In this document: positions 1 to 13,269 of the stretch, piece by piece
Position numbering within the stretch: position 1 is the stretch's first letter
Layout: each line of letters opens with the position of its first letter
Assembly (NCBI GenBank): GCA_048128005.1
Contig: JBEUKZ010000139.1
Coordinates: forward strand, 124,001-188,000
DNA from: Veleropilina oligotropha
Taxonomy: Eukaryota
Length of the DNA stretch: 64,000 nucleotides
Reading direction: 5' to 3'
Notes under the pieces: generated by a model
Database searches by the model: none
The model's input: only the letters and a program-made list of their open reading frames with translations
Told to the model about the DNA's origin: nothing
Translations under genes and position numbers: made by a program

Positions 1-879
1 CGGGCGTGATTCTTTTACCCCGAATCACTATGTGCAAGAAGTCCTTGTCTGTTTAGATGTGTTATCCTTTACAATGTGTAATCTAATATGAACGTTGGTG
101 ATTCTAACAGTCTAATAATGATAACCTCAAGCAATCGCTTTATACATATTACTTTATAAATTTGCTTGTAAAAAACCCTAAAAATGAATACTAATGTATC
201 AAACATTCTATATGAAATGACTGAAGTGTCCAACATGTAATATATTGTTTTCAAATGCAGAATAACCATACAACTTTCGCTTAATGTCAAAATCTAGGAA
301 CAGGCTTGGTAAAATTATAAATAATATGATATATAGCATTATCCTAATGCCGATTAGGTCAGGCATATTTGATTGTTTTGGACTAGTCTTGGAATGTGCT
401 CACACGTCTCAATAAAATATTACAAAATGTAAAGGAGAACACGTCAGTAAATAATTTTAATGTATTCTTTATATACTCGGTATTTTTAAATCAGTGATCC
501 ATTGCCATGGTATATTTTTGCAGGTTGATTGATTCCACTACATTTATTGCAGTTTTATAATGCTGAACACATAAATCATTACAATAAATCATATCAAATA
601 ACCATTATCTATATAATTTGAGAGGAATTTGCTGTTTGAATGGATTTCAAAAATTAGAACACATGATTGTTTAATGAGATATGCAAACCTAATCGTGTGC
701 CTTGTTCTTTAGAATAACAGGCATTATTCAATGTTTTATTCAGCATGTAGATGAACACTATTGCAAATAAAAAGTGTAAAGGAGAACACCAAATTATTGT
801 TATCTCAAAAATGGATATTTCTAGAGGGAAAAAGTACAGTTTAAAGTTTTTAAGCTAGTCGGGAATTGAGCTGTGAACA

Positions 880-2520
880 TCCGACTAGAAAATCAGACCA
901 GCTAGCTCATCGATGCAATATGTAACATATTCAATGGACACAAAGAGTTTGTCTCGTTGCTGTGGCCATTTAATGTTGTTTAAGTTTGCATTTGTGTACT
1001 TCGTGAAGTTGACGTTTATATGTTGTTGTTTTTGGTGGACATGGCAACAACGAATGAATAAGAAGGAAAGGCCTTGCATATAACCGAACAGTGAGGATGA
1101 GATCCTTGTGTCGTCTTGCGCTCATTGTCACTGCAACAATTGGTCCATCGGCCAGATGAGTGGGAGGAATAGATCGATCTTTGTGGACGTGGTTATAATC
1201 TGGAAATCTAAGCTAAAATTAAATACGTCAACTAGATGTGCCGGATGGAATATCATAACAAGGGCGTCGTTACATATTCCATGAAATTGTATCCTTGCAA
1301 CTTTAACCTCATCTTATCATCTGAATTTTTGAAACTTAAATCTCAACATGACCTCTGAATCCATGAAATTTAAACATCAACATGCATCTGAATTTATGAA
1401 AATAAATTCTCAAGTTAACCTAATAGTCCTTAAACTTTGACTTTGGCAGGCCGGAATAGGTGATCACTATATATTTCTAAGGGACCCAATAAAACTATGA
1501 TTGGTTTATTTGCATGCTTATGTGATCTACGGTAGATATTGATCGGTTTTTTTTGCAGCTGCTTATTGGGTGCTCTTTCGGTACTTCCCCCACAGCTCCG
1601 GCTTTTATCATATTTAAGGAGCTCCGGCTTGTATTCGTCTTAAAATTTGCACACTCCGCATATTGTCTGCTACTAAAGGCAAATGCAGCTTACGATGAGA
1701 TACACGTGATGGGTACGTAGTTGTATTGGCTTTACAAACGTATATACACCGGACCGCCCCGTGAGCCTGGACTGACCGAGGTTCACCTGTTGCTAGTCCC
1801 CATGGATTTAACATTAACGACGCGTCCAAAGTCGGAGATGAAAAACCGGATTTCCAAAGTTGAGTAAAAGCCGGAGCTGTGGGGGAAGTACCGAAAGAGC
1901 GCCGCTTATTGCTATATATATATATACTGCCAATAGGCATACTGTTATGAACACACACACATTATTACCAAGCATACCTATTGTGTTTAACGTCAAGACT
2001 TAAAGAATTGAATATCTTTGAGTTTGTATCCTTCATCCAGTACATAGGGGTCATTATATAATGCCAGATGGTCTTTAGCGAAGAAATAAAAAAATTAAAC
2101 TGAACGTCCCACCGTGGACATCGTTCGCTGATGGGAACACACATGTATATGTGTAATGGCAACTTTGTTTGGACGAACCATATAACTCTGAATGTGATGT
2201 TACGGTTTCCTCTGTCGCATAGAGAACATACTGGATCATTGTTTGTCCCCATTACCTTGCGTATTCTTCAATATTCTGGCTTGTTTTCCTCGTGTTATAC
2301 TTATTTCCATTTCAACTATCAAGTTCGTTTACCGATGCCACATACGTCATCACAGACCCCGATTGCTGATGCCGCCTACGCCATCACAATGCCATGTCCC
2401 GCTCCACGCATATCCATGTAGTCATCATTCCGAAAACGAGTTATGAACTGTAACCTGTGACATTGTTTTGTTGCAGTGTTGGTCGTCAGCGAGTCGCTGG
2501 CATACTGCATTGTATTTTAA
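880..2520 (-). pseudogene. Heavily decayed DNA-transposase relic, Sola-like (probably Sola2)
   Basis: Minus-strand fragments across frameshifts read SDSLTT-QHCNKTM, FGMMTTWICVE, GHG and CDGVGGISNR (about 2360-2500), resembling the SDG..QY.N / GHGKG.CDG.GG..KR pattern. KWPQQRDKLFV occurs near 950. Interrupted by a MITE. Confidence 0.45.
1569..1903. mobile_element. MITE with ~39-bp TIRs, GG..CC termini and 8-bp TSD (Merlin-like), copy 1
   Basis: TIR ggtgctctttcggtacttcccccacagctccggctttta / taaaagccggagctgtgggggaagtaccgaaagagcgcc. TSD gcttattg at 1561-1568 and 1904-1911. Second copy at 5035-5360. Confidence 0.9.
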
Positions 2521-2604
2521 TTCAAATTCAAAGTGGAACAGTTTTATTAAAAGTCTTTTAGTATAATTTAGATGTAGGTAAGTAGATTTGTTTAACGACC
2601 ACTT

Positions 2605-2805
2605 TTTTGACAATTTTTCAGCCTTATCGCAGTCGGGACACCCAGTTTAAGGTCTCACTCCGATCTGACCGACATACTTTAGGGATATGCCATCTATTAG
2701 TTTTAAGCCTTAGAATAAGCCAGGCCGGCGCGGGCTTGAACCCACATCCTACCATCCCACTTAACGTTTTTCCGATGCCCTAGCCAGTTGAGCCTTCGAG
2801 GACAG
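2605..2805 (-). mobile_element. tRNA-headed SINE-like fragment (second family)
   Basis: Minus strand has A-box-like ggctcaactgg and B-box-like gggttcaagccc. A similar decayed copy at about 55600-56130 is split by a MITE. Confidence 0.4.
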
Positions 2806-4134
2806 TTTAATTTTGATGTAGAGAATAAATGTTCCAAGAATGGTGTTCTCCTTTACACATTTGGTGTTCTCCTTTACATTCAGTATCTCTGCCTATATAT
2901 ATATATATATATTTCTTTCAAGAAAACCAGTGAAACTCTATACAAATCATGTGCCATTACTCATTGATTGTTTAAGTGTATCAAGCTTTGAATTCAATAT
3001 ACAGTGACAAAATAAGCCACAAGAAGCAAAACAACCTGTTTGTTAAAAAGCACGTGTTCGTCTGTTGGCGAGTAAATTGTAAATTGTTTCACGTAAACCA
3101 GTTCTATTTAAAGAGCATGAGCATACCACACTGACACGTTATGAACACGTGTTTGGGTATCATTATAGGGCGTCCTTCATGTCAAAACATCAATGCCTAC
3201 ATAAAGGATAACACGCATTGCAGTGTATTATGATTTAATACAGGATATCATTATGATATATCACAATTTATCCCCATTCTAGTTACCATTATTAATGGTT
3301 TACTCAGAAATATAACATGATGGATGTACCACATAATTAATTCTCACCAGAAAAGGCCGTAAGGGAGAACACATCCTTAAAAAAACTATTATTATCGGTT
3401 ACTTTCAAAGTGAACAATACATTATATATTAACAACTCCCTTCTTTCATTAGCGTTGAATGCAACTATATCATGTATACTTACTTTAAAGTGAGCTTGTT
3501 TATATTTAAATACGTTATTAATATTGTGGTAGTGGTTTTAATTTGATGTAAAGGAGATCACCAGACTTTGGCGACAAACACTATAATGCATGACAATAGA
3601 TGTCAATATGTGAAAATCAAAAAAGACGTTGACCTGGCAATATTTTTTATTGAACTAACTCAATTTATTGTGAAAAAGAGTCAAGTTTCATATCACATAT
3701 ACACATCTAAATTATTTAGTGCTGTTTTTAACTACAATGTTTGCTTTGGCGACATGCACATTTGAGCACCCTTAGGTTAATTCGTTGTCAATTGTAAATA
3801 GTTTTATTATAGCAAGTATGACGTGATATATATCGTCGGAAAGCCCTTTCCATGATCTATCTGTTTATGTCATTTAAATCACCATGAATAACAAGCACAG
3901 GGTTATTTATACCGGAGAACATCGGCGACATGAAAGTGGACAGTAAAGGAATTCTGGCCCATATAATGCATTTACTTATAATTTATTAATGAAACCTTCA
4001 TCTCAGAATAAAAGAATTTTACAAACAACAGATTTTTCCTCTAGCAAGTATGGCCTAAACAAGCACGAATACATGCGAAATCTACGCCAACCCGTCTAAC
4101 ACCCATACTGGGTCATACCACTTTAAAGTAGAAG

Positions 4135-4245
4135 TCGAAATTTCGACATTACATGTCGAAATTTCGACATTAATAGTCGAAATATCGACAATTTAAATTT
4201 CGACTTTTTATTTTATTTCTTCATGGCCCTAATACACTGCCGTAG
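4135..4245. repeat. Tandem palindromic gtcgaaatttcgac units, probably a transposon end
   Basis: Three to four copies of gtcgaaatttcgac followed by tggccctaatacactgccgta. Confidence 0.45.
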
Positions 4246-5034
4246 ATTTGTAAGCGCAATCAATAAAGACATTTCATTGTCATATTTCCCTGACATATAC
4301 ATAACCTGCGTGCTCGTCACTAGGTAGCTCCTGTTATGGCAAGCCGTTTTAGCATTTATAATTTATTTTACATATGTGGAATTCTTTTTCACATGTATAA
4401 TTCTTTTTCACATATGTGAAATAGTTTTACACATATGTGAAATAAACTTTTATTTAACATATATGTGCAATTCTTTTCCACATATGTAAAATTCTTTTTC
4501 ACATTATGTGAAATACTATTTCACATAATTATGTGAAAAATAATTCTACATATGTTAAAAAAATATTTATTTTACATATGCGTAATTCCTTTTCACATAT
4601 GTGAAATAAACAGATGTTTCCGAATTTGGAAGAAAATTAGGGATCCCCAATCTCGCGAGAACCACTTTCACTGAAACTGATTACGGCAACATGGCGGCTG
4701 GAGTTGATAAAGTTTTATTATTAATTTAAGAGCAATTTCTCGGTGTGTTTGGTAAGTAGGGATAAATCTGGTTCGCTGTCCAAACCACGGGCTTCTCCCT
4801 TTGCATCCAATGCTTCCCCGACAACATTAATTATCTCGTCCATTTCAAATGGAGGCAAACGTGCATGGGAGTAATCATTGTATTCTCGTGGTGACAATGT
4901 CATCTATAGGACAACTATTTCACATATGTGAAATTCATTTATACATATAAATGTATAATGATCCTTTTATTTGACATATGTGTAAAAGAATTCTACATAT
5001 GTGAAAAAGAATTGCACACATGTATAAAAGATTT

Positions 5035-5360
5035 GGCGCTCTTTCGGTACTTCCCCCACAGCTCCGGCTTTTACTCAACTTTCGAAATCCGGTTTTTTCA
5101 TCTCCGACTTTGGATGCGTCATTAATGTTAAATCCATGGGGACTAGCAACAGGTGAACCTCGGTCAGTCCAGGCTCACGGGGCGGTCCGGTGTATATATA
5201 CGTTTGTAAAGCCAATACAACTACGTACCCATCACGTGGATCTTATCACAAGCTGCATTTGCCTTTAGTAGCAGATAATATGCGGAGTGTGAAATACAAG
5301 CCGGAGCTCCTTAAATATATATAAAAGCCGGAGCTGTGGGGGAAGTACCGAAAGAGCACC
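5035..5360. mobile_element. Merlin-like MITE, copy 2 (inverted relative to copy 1)
   Basis: Same TIRs and body as 1569-1903. TSD aaagattt (5027-5034) / aaagactt (5361-5368). Confidence 0.9.
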
Positions 5361-5472
5361 AAAGACTTAAACATATGTTAAATAATTATTTATTTGACAT
5401 ATGTGTAATTCTTTTTCACATATGTAAAATTCTTTTTCATAATATATGTAGAATTCTTTTCACATATTTGAA

Positions 5473-5746
5473 GAAGGAGGAGGAGGAATTATGCTTAATG
5501 TCATGAATGTCCTGTATGTTTATAACATCGAGGTTCAAGGCAGGACATGTCCGTATTATCGCAGGAGGAAACCCCGGTCGCCGGGTAAACCCGCCCTCTT
5601 CAGCCAGTCACAGACAACTGTGCTTCATAACTTGAACAAATGTGTGCTGCCTCAGCTGGGGGTCGATCCCACTACTGTAGGCGTCAGCGGAACAAGCCAG
5701 TGAATTTAGAGTGGACACTCTACCCACTGCGCTACCGAAGCGACCA
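5473..5746 (-). mobile_element. tRNA-derived SINE (main family) with (TCC)n tail
   Basis: Minus-strand head ggtagcgcagtggg (A box) and B-box-like gggatcgacccc; tail aagcataattcctcctcctcc. 12-bp TSD cacatatttgaa at 5461-5472 and 5747-5758. Confidence 0.85.
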
Positions 5747-7655
5747 CACATATTTGAAATAAAGAGATCATTATACATATGTGTAATAGAATTTCACATA
5801 TGTGAAAATGAATTCTACATATGTGAAAATGAATTCTACATATGTGAAAATCATTTTCACATATGTTAAATAAATGACATTCTTTTCATATACATATGTG
5901 CAATTAATTCCACATATGTGTAATAAATAATAAATGCTAAAACGGCTTGCCTGTACTACTGTAGCATATATATTAATATATTTTTGTGGTGAATTAAATA
6001 AATTTGCTGCCATGAAAATGAGTTTTATGGACCCTTGTATGTATTGTGAAAACAAAATATATTACAATATCACTTTAGTTATCTTCGTCTATTAATTAAG
6101 AACGCTATCAAGCTAATCGTCCGAAATCGACAAAACCCGGAGTGCTTTTCCACCATATTTTTTGCCCACAACAACACTACATTCACGCACTGTGGAATAC
6201 AGAAACAATGGTACAGAATAGTAAAATGATAAGTCGTCATGCGGTATACATGTATACATCGCTTGAGCGAACAATCAATATCATAATTCTTACCCAATTT
6301 GTACTTCAGTCTCAACCAAAAAGACAAAGACAGCACCCGTGTGCATCTTGGCTCATCGATATGAGATGCGCACAGATCGGCCCAAATCCGTGTCGGCTTC
6401 ATTATCAAACAATTTTGGGCAGTGGTGACGATCCGCGGATGTTTTTTAACAACGCCCATTTTGATCAATATTTACCTACGAAACATAATTGTAAATTGAC
6501 ATGTGTTATGAGTTGCTGAGGCTCCTTCCTTGGCATTCTTTAAGGGGGAGCTTTCACCAGTCTCATCTAAGATGTAGGTCTCGTCCTAATTGTTCAGTAG
6601 AACAAGTGAAGAGTTAAGCTATGCCGGTGGGGTCTAAATCTCCTGGTACCGCCACGGTAGCCGGATTGGTTTGGCTCAGATGTGTGAAAGACAACTAGGA
6701 ATCATATTTCATTTTTCATAGTTATTCTCTCATCCTATCATACTATCATAATTGTAATACTTAATTATGTATCATTATACTTCTTAAAGCTATCTCATGT
6801 AAATTGGATGCCAATAACACCGGATAAGTCAAAACCGTTGAATAATTGTCATGAATGACAGAGCAACGTACAGATCGATGTAGATGTAGAAACGAGGCGG
6901 AAAATTTTGACAATTACATAACGATGTGAAATCCCCTCTACTGCATTCTGAATTTGCAAATACGATGTCTTTACCAAAATTTATGGACATTTTTACCACT
7001 ATGTATGAGTAAAAGGTTGCAAATTGACATGTAGGCCTGCTATGAAATATGTTTTATATGCGAGGACAATTTTGCCCATTAACGATGCGAATCTCTCTCC
7101 CCTAGCTGCTTTCTGTCAAGTGCAAATACGATGTTTTTACCAAGAGTCCTGCAAATTGGAAATATATTTGTGGGTTAATTTCGGGTTAAAAGCAATACAT
7201 TTGGCACATTATTAGGAAATGGCCTACTAAATATTTCTGGATATGGGTCCACTTAATTTTTATCAAAGATGGCTGACAAATTCAATAATTACACATGCAT
7301 ATATGGTCATTAAACACTACTTTTTGGATTATTTTTCTTACATTTATATTTCCAACAGACACTTTATGTGTTTAAAAATGTGAATACGTAAATCTTGTCT
7401 TGTTTTAATGTTGTGTAGAACCAAATATATGTTAAAATAATGTCAAAATCAAAATGGCGGCAGCATTTACTGATTAACGATAGAATAGGGCCTACGTACT
7501 TGGCATTATAAAGCAATACATTTTCTAGGCTATTCCCATAACGATGTTTATCTGATAGTCATGAACATAACACTTCAAATGAAATAACATTTTATATCAT
7601 AATAAAATACACAAACACAAGCTAGCAAAGATCCATACTTTTAGATGGTCCCTTG

Positions 7656-8629
7656 CAGGGGCGGATTTAGGGGGGGGGGCCGACCCGGCTCCGGCCCCCC
7701 CTTTTGACATAGGAATCAAATCTGTTGAATTTGCATTTCTGTATAAAAATGCTGCACTATAATACTTTTGATAAAACCCAATACCTATTTTGTATATAAA
7801 CTTGATATTTTTAATATGCAAATTAGTATTTACAAAAAATGTCACCGATTTTTAACAAGTCCGATAGTCTTCGAAATCCGAATCGATAATGCTTGAAGTT
7901 CCGTACCGTTACTCGCTATTTTATCAAGGATTTAAATTTCTTGCGCTATTTTCCGACTCGCGAATCGACCACCCCTTATGACCACAACGAAAGTTTTATA
8001 CTGCAGAGCAATTTGCAACCTCGATTTATCGTCATGCACTAATACATAACGATGATAAACATTGTATTTGCACTCTAAGAATGCTGAAAGAGGCATTTTT
8101 TCTTCAATTTGCAACATATTTCTTATACATAGTGGCGAAAATGTTCATAAATATTTGTAAAAAACGTCGTATTTCCAATGTCATACTGCAGGAGATGGGA
8201 TTTCACATCATTAATCATTAATGTCAGATTCATCCTTTTACCCTTATTACATAGGCCTACGTGGCGAAATGTATGTTTCTTAATGTAGGTAAAACATCGT
8301 ATTTGCATTCATTTTTGTGTGGAATTAACGATATAAATTTATAATGTATTATATAATTCAAATTTTAGAATAAAGCGCCATAAAAGCACGGTAATTTATG
8401 CCAGATTCGACGCAAACTTTAATTACATCAATGAAGAGTATGCCTGCAGCCATTCTAAATATTGGCTTTTATCGTAATTTTCTGTCCATTCAAGTCTAAT
8501 TTTAAGATAATTAAAGTGGTCAATATAAATGCTAGAGTGCAGGAGAACGCATCTAAGACCTTTTATAGCGAAAAAATTTCGGGGGTAGACTACGGTCCCC
8601 CCTTTTCAGAAATCCTGTATCCGCCCCTG
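7656..8629. mobile_element. Non-autonomous TIR element with CAG..CTG termini and 5-bp TSD (hAT5-like)
   Basis: caggggcggat ... atccgcccctg flanked by ccttg at 7651-7655 and 8630-8634. Confidence 0.7.
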
Positions 8630-8719
8630 CCTTGCACCAATGATAATTCATTAGGAAAGACCCGTTAGATCATAGGTTTTGAATTCAATAGTAATTTGAA
8701 CATTTATAATTAATTCCAA

Positions 8720-10110
8720 AATAAATGTTTTATATAATGCAACCAAATTCGTCCTCGTTCACAATCCTCCTGTACATTTGCATAATGCAGTTCGTATTCT
8801 CCATTGCAGCCGCGAAACATTTACAGCATCATTTACACCTTGTTTTCGGTCTGACTACTACTTTTAATGAATTCCTGATGCCACGGGAATTTTTGAAGTT
8901 TCCTATATTTCAGAAGTTCCCCTAACTCAACTACGCAAATATACGTTAGGTGACACATATGAGTGTAGGAAATAACGCTGTCCCCAGGAATGTCCAACTT
9001 GAAAAGCAACCCTTAATTTGCACATGTTGCTAAAGTGTTGCGGAATGTTGGCAGTATCATCTCTATTGATACGCCCTTAATTAGTGAACAGCTTCCGGCG
9101 TTCATCATCAACTGTAGTGATGATGACGATTGACATATAACGACCACGCCAACAGTATTTCAGTGAACAAGATCGACTCAATAAATTTGAACGAGGAAAT
9201 GAATTATTGCAGTGTGGAAAAGATGCAATTGGTCATGGGAAATGTCGGCGGCACCCTCGATGATTGAACACGTTACCTTCCGATGATATATATCTGAATT
9301 GTAACTACTGGGCCATTCTGCCCCCTCAACTGTAGTGCAAGAGTTTGTTCGATCGTAGAGCATAACTGTAAATCGGTAAACAGTAGGCATGTTTACAATT
9401 ATAACTTGTTTCATTGGACGGACGCTACTGGTTATAAATATTGTTGATAAAGATTCTGGGTAGGATTTTCTTGTCTCCAATGCCGTTTTCTTTCCTTTTT
9501 CCAAATATGTATGATCACATCAGGAAAAAGCATTGAGCATTGTCTATGTGTTTGCTATGATCTGTACAGGTATGCATCAGAAATTGTTTTATGTACCAAT
9601 GAGACCCACTAAATTCATTTGTGCAAACAGCGCAAATAATATAACAAGAATATATAATAATTATATATTTGTATTAACAGTGAAGATCATGATTCTTTGA
9701 CATCCATTTTTAGCATTGCATTTTATCATTACATCAATAACCTGGTGTCATTTTCATGGTTTCCTAGAACTGAAATCTTCTTTAGGTAAATTGACTAATG
9801 CTGTTTCTCTCTCTTTGGAGATGATTTGCTTTATTCAGGGTTATTGTAACCGCTTGTTGACCAGAGTAGCAAAAAAAAAAAATTCCTTAAATTCTCAGAA
9901 ATGCTTTCCAGTTTCCCTGTCTCCTTAAGCCTTTCCCGCAACTTCCTCTTGTCAATGTTATTGTGAATTGATTAAGAGAATAGAGACATTTTATTTTCTT
10001 TTTCAGTGAGATAAACAGATCTTAAGGCATTCTTCCTCAAACTCAGCATACGTCTCCTGTCCTAACTTCTGTATGTTCATGATTGTTGATGTTAATGGAA
10101 TTGCTGCAAT
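8720..10110 (-). pseudogene. Decayed Academ (AcademX-type) transposase relic: XPG-like region plus C-terminal Cys-rich finger
   Basis: Minus-strand fragments NIQKLGQETYAEF, LNAFS*CDHTYLEKGKKTALETRKSYPE, RFTVMLYDRTNSCTTV, TVDDERRKLFT, RVAFQVGHSWGQ and TALCKCTGG occur in the order recalled for this family. Confidence 0.6.
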
Positions 10111-10336
10111 CAAGAAACAACAAGTCGGATGTCTATACTAGTACTTTTGGAAATATTTCATTATTCTTCTATCGTATAACAGAGACAAGCCAATTGTTTT
10201 GAGAACATGGTCTGTAAAGCATTTATCTGTTCACGATAAATCACGCCATCCTAATTAATCGGTAACTGAAACTCAGTAATCACTGGTAATCAGACTTGAA
10301 TTTTCCATTGAATATGGCAGTTGCCTGCTCTTTGAG

Positions 10337-10858
10337 GGAGGGAGGAATGATGCTTAATGTCCTGTATATTTACAACATCGAGGTTCAAGGCAGAACATGT
10401 CCGTGTTATCGCGGGAGGAAACCACGGTCGCCCGGGTAAACCCGCCCTCTTCGGCCAGTCGCGGACAACTGTGATTCATAACTTGAACAAATTTCAATGC
10501 CTCAGCCAGGTATTGAACCCACTACTGTTCGCATTTGCGGAATCAAGCCAGTGAATTTAGAGTGGACACTCTTACCCACTGCGCTGCCTGCTCCTGGAGG
10601 AAGGAGGAATGATGCTTAATGTCCTGTATATTTACAACATCGAGGTTCAAGGCAGAACATGTCCGTGTTATCGCGGGAGGAAACCCCAGTCGCCCGGGTA
10701 AACCCGCCCTCTTCGGCCAGTCGCGGACAACTGTGATTCATAACTTGAAAAAATGCCAATGCCTCTGCCAGGTATTGAACCCACTACTGTTCGCATTAGC
10801 GGAATCAAGCCAGTGAATTTAGAGTGAACACTCTTGCCCACTTCGCTGCCGAAGCGGC
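10337..10858 (-). mobile_element. Two head-to-tail copies of the tRNA-derived SINE
   Basis: Near-identical ~255-bp units (about 10337-10586 and 10600-10858) with A box, B box (gggttcaatacc) and TCC tail, flanked and separated by cctgctcYtKgag. Confidence 0.9.
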
Positions 10859-11157
10859 CCTGCTCTTGGAGCAATGGGATCAGTCTTATGATGGATTATA
10901 TCTTCATTGTCATAGTCACTATCACAGGCCGTTTTAATTTCAAATCCTATGTCATACTAGTATTTAAAAGCAACCAACACTACCCTGGGCCTGCTATGCC
11001 AACAACATTGTCCATTATTTTATCCTAGAATTCTGTGAAATCCACTCGATTGTAGGTATAGTGTGATTACAAAATAATTATACAGTTTCACAAATATATT
11101 AAGCCAAAGTATATAAGATATTGACAATCACAATACACGATTTTGTAGAGAAACTAT

Positions 11158-12240
11158 TTTTAGTCACCCGCCGCGAGCGAAGCGGGGGACTAGAGTATTC
11201 GCCTCCGCCCGTACGTACGTATGTCCGCCCGTACGAGCTTGTTAGCGCGATATCTCAAGACTGAATGAACCGATTTCATTGATATTTGGTGGATAGATAC
11301 CTTTGGGGATACCGCCGACACCAGTCGATTATGGTGACCTTGACCACGTTTTTAAGGTCGCAGGGTACAGTGTAATCTTTCGCTCATTCAGGTGTTGTTA
11401 GCACGATATCTCAAGACAGAATGAACCGATTTCATTTATATTTGGTGGATAGATGCATTGAGGGATATCACCGATCACAGTCGATTATGGCGACCTTCAC
11501 CTCATATTCAATGTCACATATGATGCACTTTACTATTTCGCTCACTCAGTTAATTGTTTGGCAATCCTCAGAACGGCGGTCCCAAATTATTAAACCACCT
11601 AATTTGACCACAACACGTCGTACTGATTCCTCTCAGTCCTCAATTACAAGAAAACGAAAATGTCCCATATTCTGATTGGAAATTCCCAGTTCTAGTCGTT
11701 TATACGACTCGCATATGGGAGTGGTCGATATTATGGTACTTAAGTGCATGGTGCCAGCCGTATTCACCATGGCAGGAAGACCTCCAGCACCGATACATAT
11801 AACAAATAACATTTTACCGGCTAACATTCTGGAATCAATTGATTGCATGCCAAAAGCAATATACGATAGTATGCATGACCGAATGCAGTGGTAATTGTTG
11901 TTAGCACGATATCTCGAAACAAAATAAACCGTTTAATTTATATTTGGTGGATAGATGCATTGGGGAATACTGCCGACCCCAGTCGATTATGGTGACCTTC
12001 ACCTCATATTCAAGGTCAAATAGTTTTTATCGCGATATCTCAAACGGAATGAACCAATTTAATTTATATTTGGTGGATAGATGCATTGAAGGATATACCG
12101 CCGACCCCCAGTAGCTTATGGTGACCTTGACCTCATTTTAAAGGTCACATGATGCAGTTTATTCTTTCTATCATTCAGTTGTTGTTAGCTCGCTACCTCA
12201 AAACAGAACGAACCTATTTCATTTTTATTTGGTTCATATA
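11158..12240 (+). mobile_element. Helentron-associated non-autonomous element (HINE/DINE-like) with internal tandem repeats
   Basis: Starts at a T-run, then tagtcacccgc..gcgggggactag inverted repeat and ccgtacg microsatellite. Repeated ttgttagcgcgatatctc..tttggtggatagat..ggtgaccttgacc units follow. Confidence 0.6.
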
Positions 12241-13269
12241 GACCCCATTTCACCACATTCCTCCTGTCGCAGGAGGCTGTTTACCAATACATTCATATTG
12301 GCATCATAGATGTTCGCTATACGGTTTGGATCAATGCTTCATGTCTTTTTGGCATTATTCATGTGAAAAACCCGAGGACATTTTGCGTGAGGAAAGCCAG
12401 GTGGTCCGGGATCAGTTGTGGATACATACGACTATTGACTGAACATAAAATGATCCATCAAGGATTCAAACTCACTCTTGATGATCCATACTAATCACTG
12501 TGCATGCACCTACAACATTCGACTACCCCGATGGTATTATACTATATACCTTGTTATAATAAGGCGACGTGCGCACCCAGCACCTGTAAATTGTGACACT
12601 AAATTTCAGTAATTTATCTACAAAACCCTGCATTCATGATTGTGGGTATCAATATCTTAATGTAGTTTTCATGTAATGCATTTTTGAAACTGTATGCATC
12701 TTTTGTAATCACCCTGCATATATATATATATATGTGATCGCGCCAAAGGCAGCATCAGGAATAATTTGCTCTTGAAAATATGATATCTCAGATAATGAAA
12801 TCAACCGAGCTGTGCCTTATTACTTTGTTTATATTGTACAAGAACATCTGGTTGTTATTGTGTTATAATTATATCTGATAAAATTTGTCTAATTGGAAAG
12901 ATTAGGCGTGTTCAGTACAACGCTTATCGCATTTATAAATTATCTCCCCTTTTCTTGTTACACAAAAGAGGCCGCATTTCAAAGAAACCCGGATGTTACA
13001 TCGTTGTTGAAAATGATTCAACGCTTTATACTGTCGCGTGGTGTTTCATACTTCATGAGCTGATTACGACACTACATATACAGCTATATCATTTATTTAC
13101 TTTCATGTTTAAATATTGAATTGGAATTTCGAAAACGTTCATATCTTGACTAATAATTAGTTTAGTATATTTTCCATTCCCGGTAAATACAATACATTTC
13201 AAACGATTCACATTCATGTTTTTACTAACAACGGTAGTTTCGTATCTTTGTCTGGCATTTTTCCTGAAG

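Larger units (their letters stand above)
4338..5951. mobile_element. Non-autonomous TIR element with internal cacatatgtgaaa repeats, hosting a nested MITE and SINE
   Basis: TIR ggcaagccgttttagcattta / taaatgctaaaacggcttgcc. Dozens of palindromic acatatgt units lie in both arms. Confidence 0.8.

Noticed and set aside
1614..1958. 114-aa ORF resembling the ORF at 5020-5268
   Set aside because: Both are translations of the same non-coding MITE.
10780..10858. tRNA gene
   Set aside because: A and B boxes are present but there is no cloverleaf, and it is attached to a repeated body and TCC tail, so it is a SINE head.
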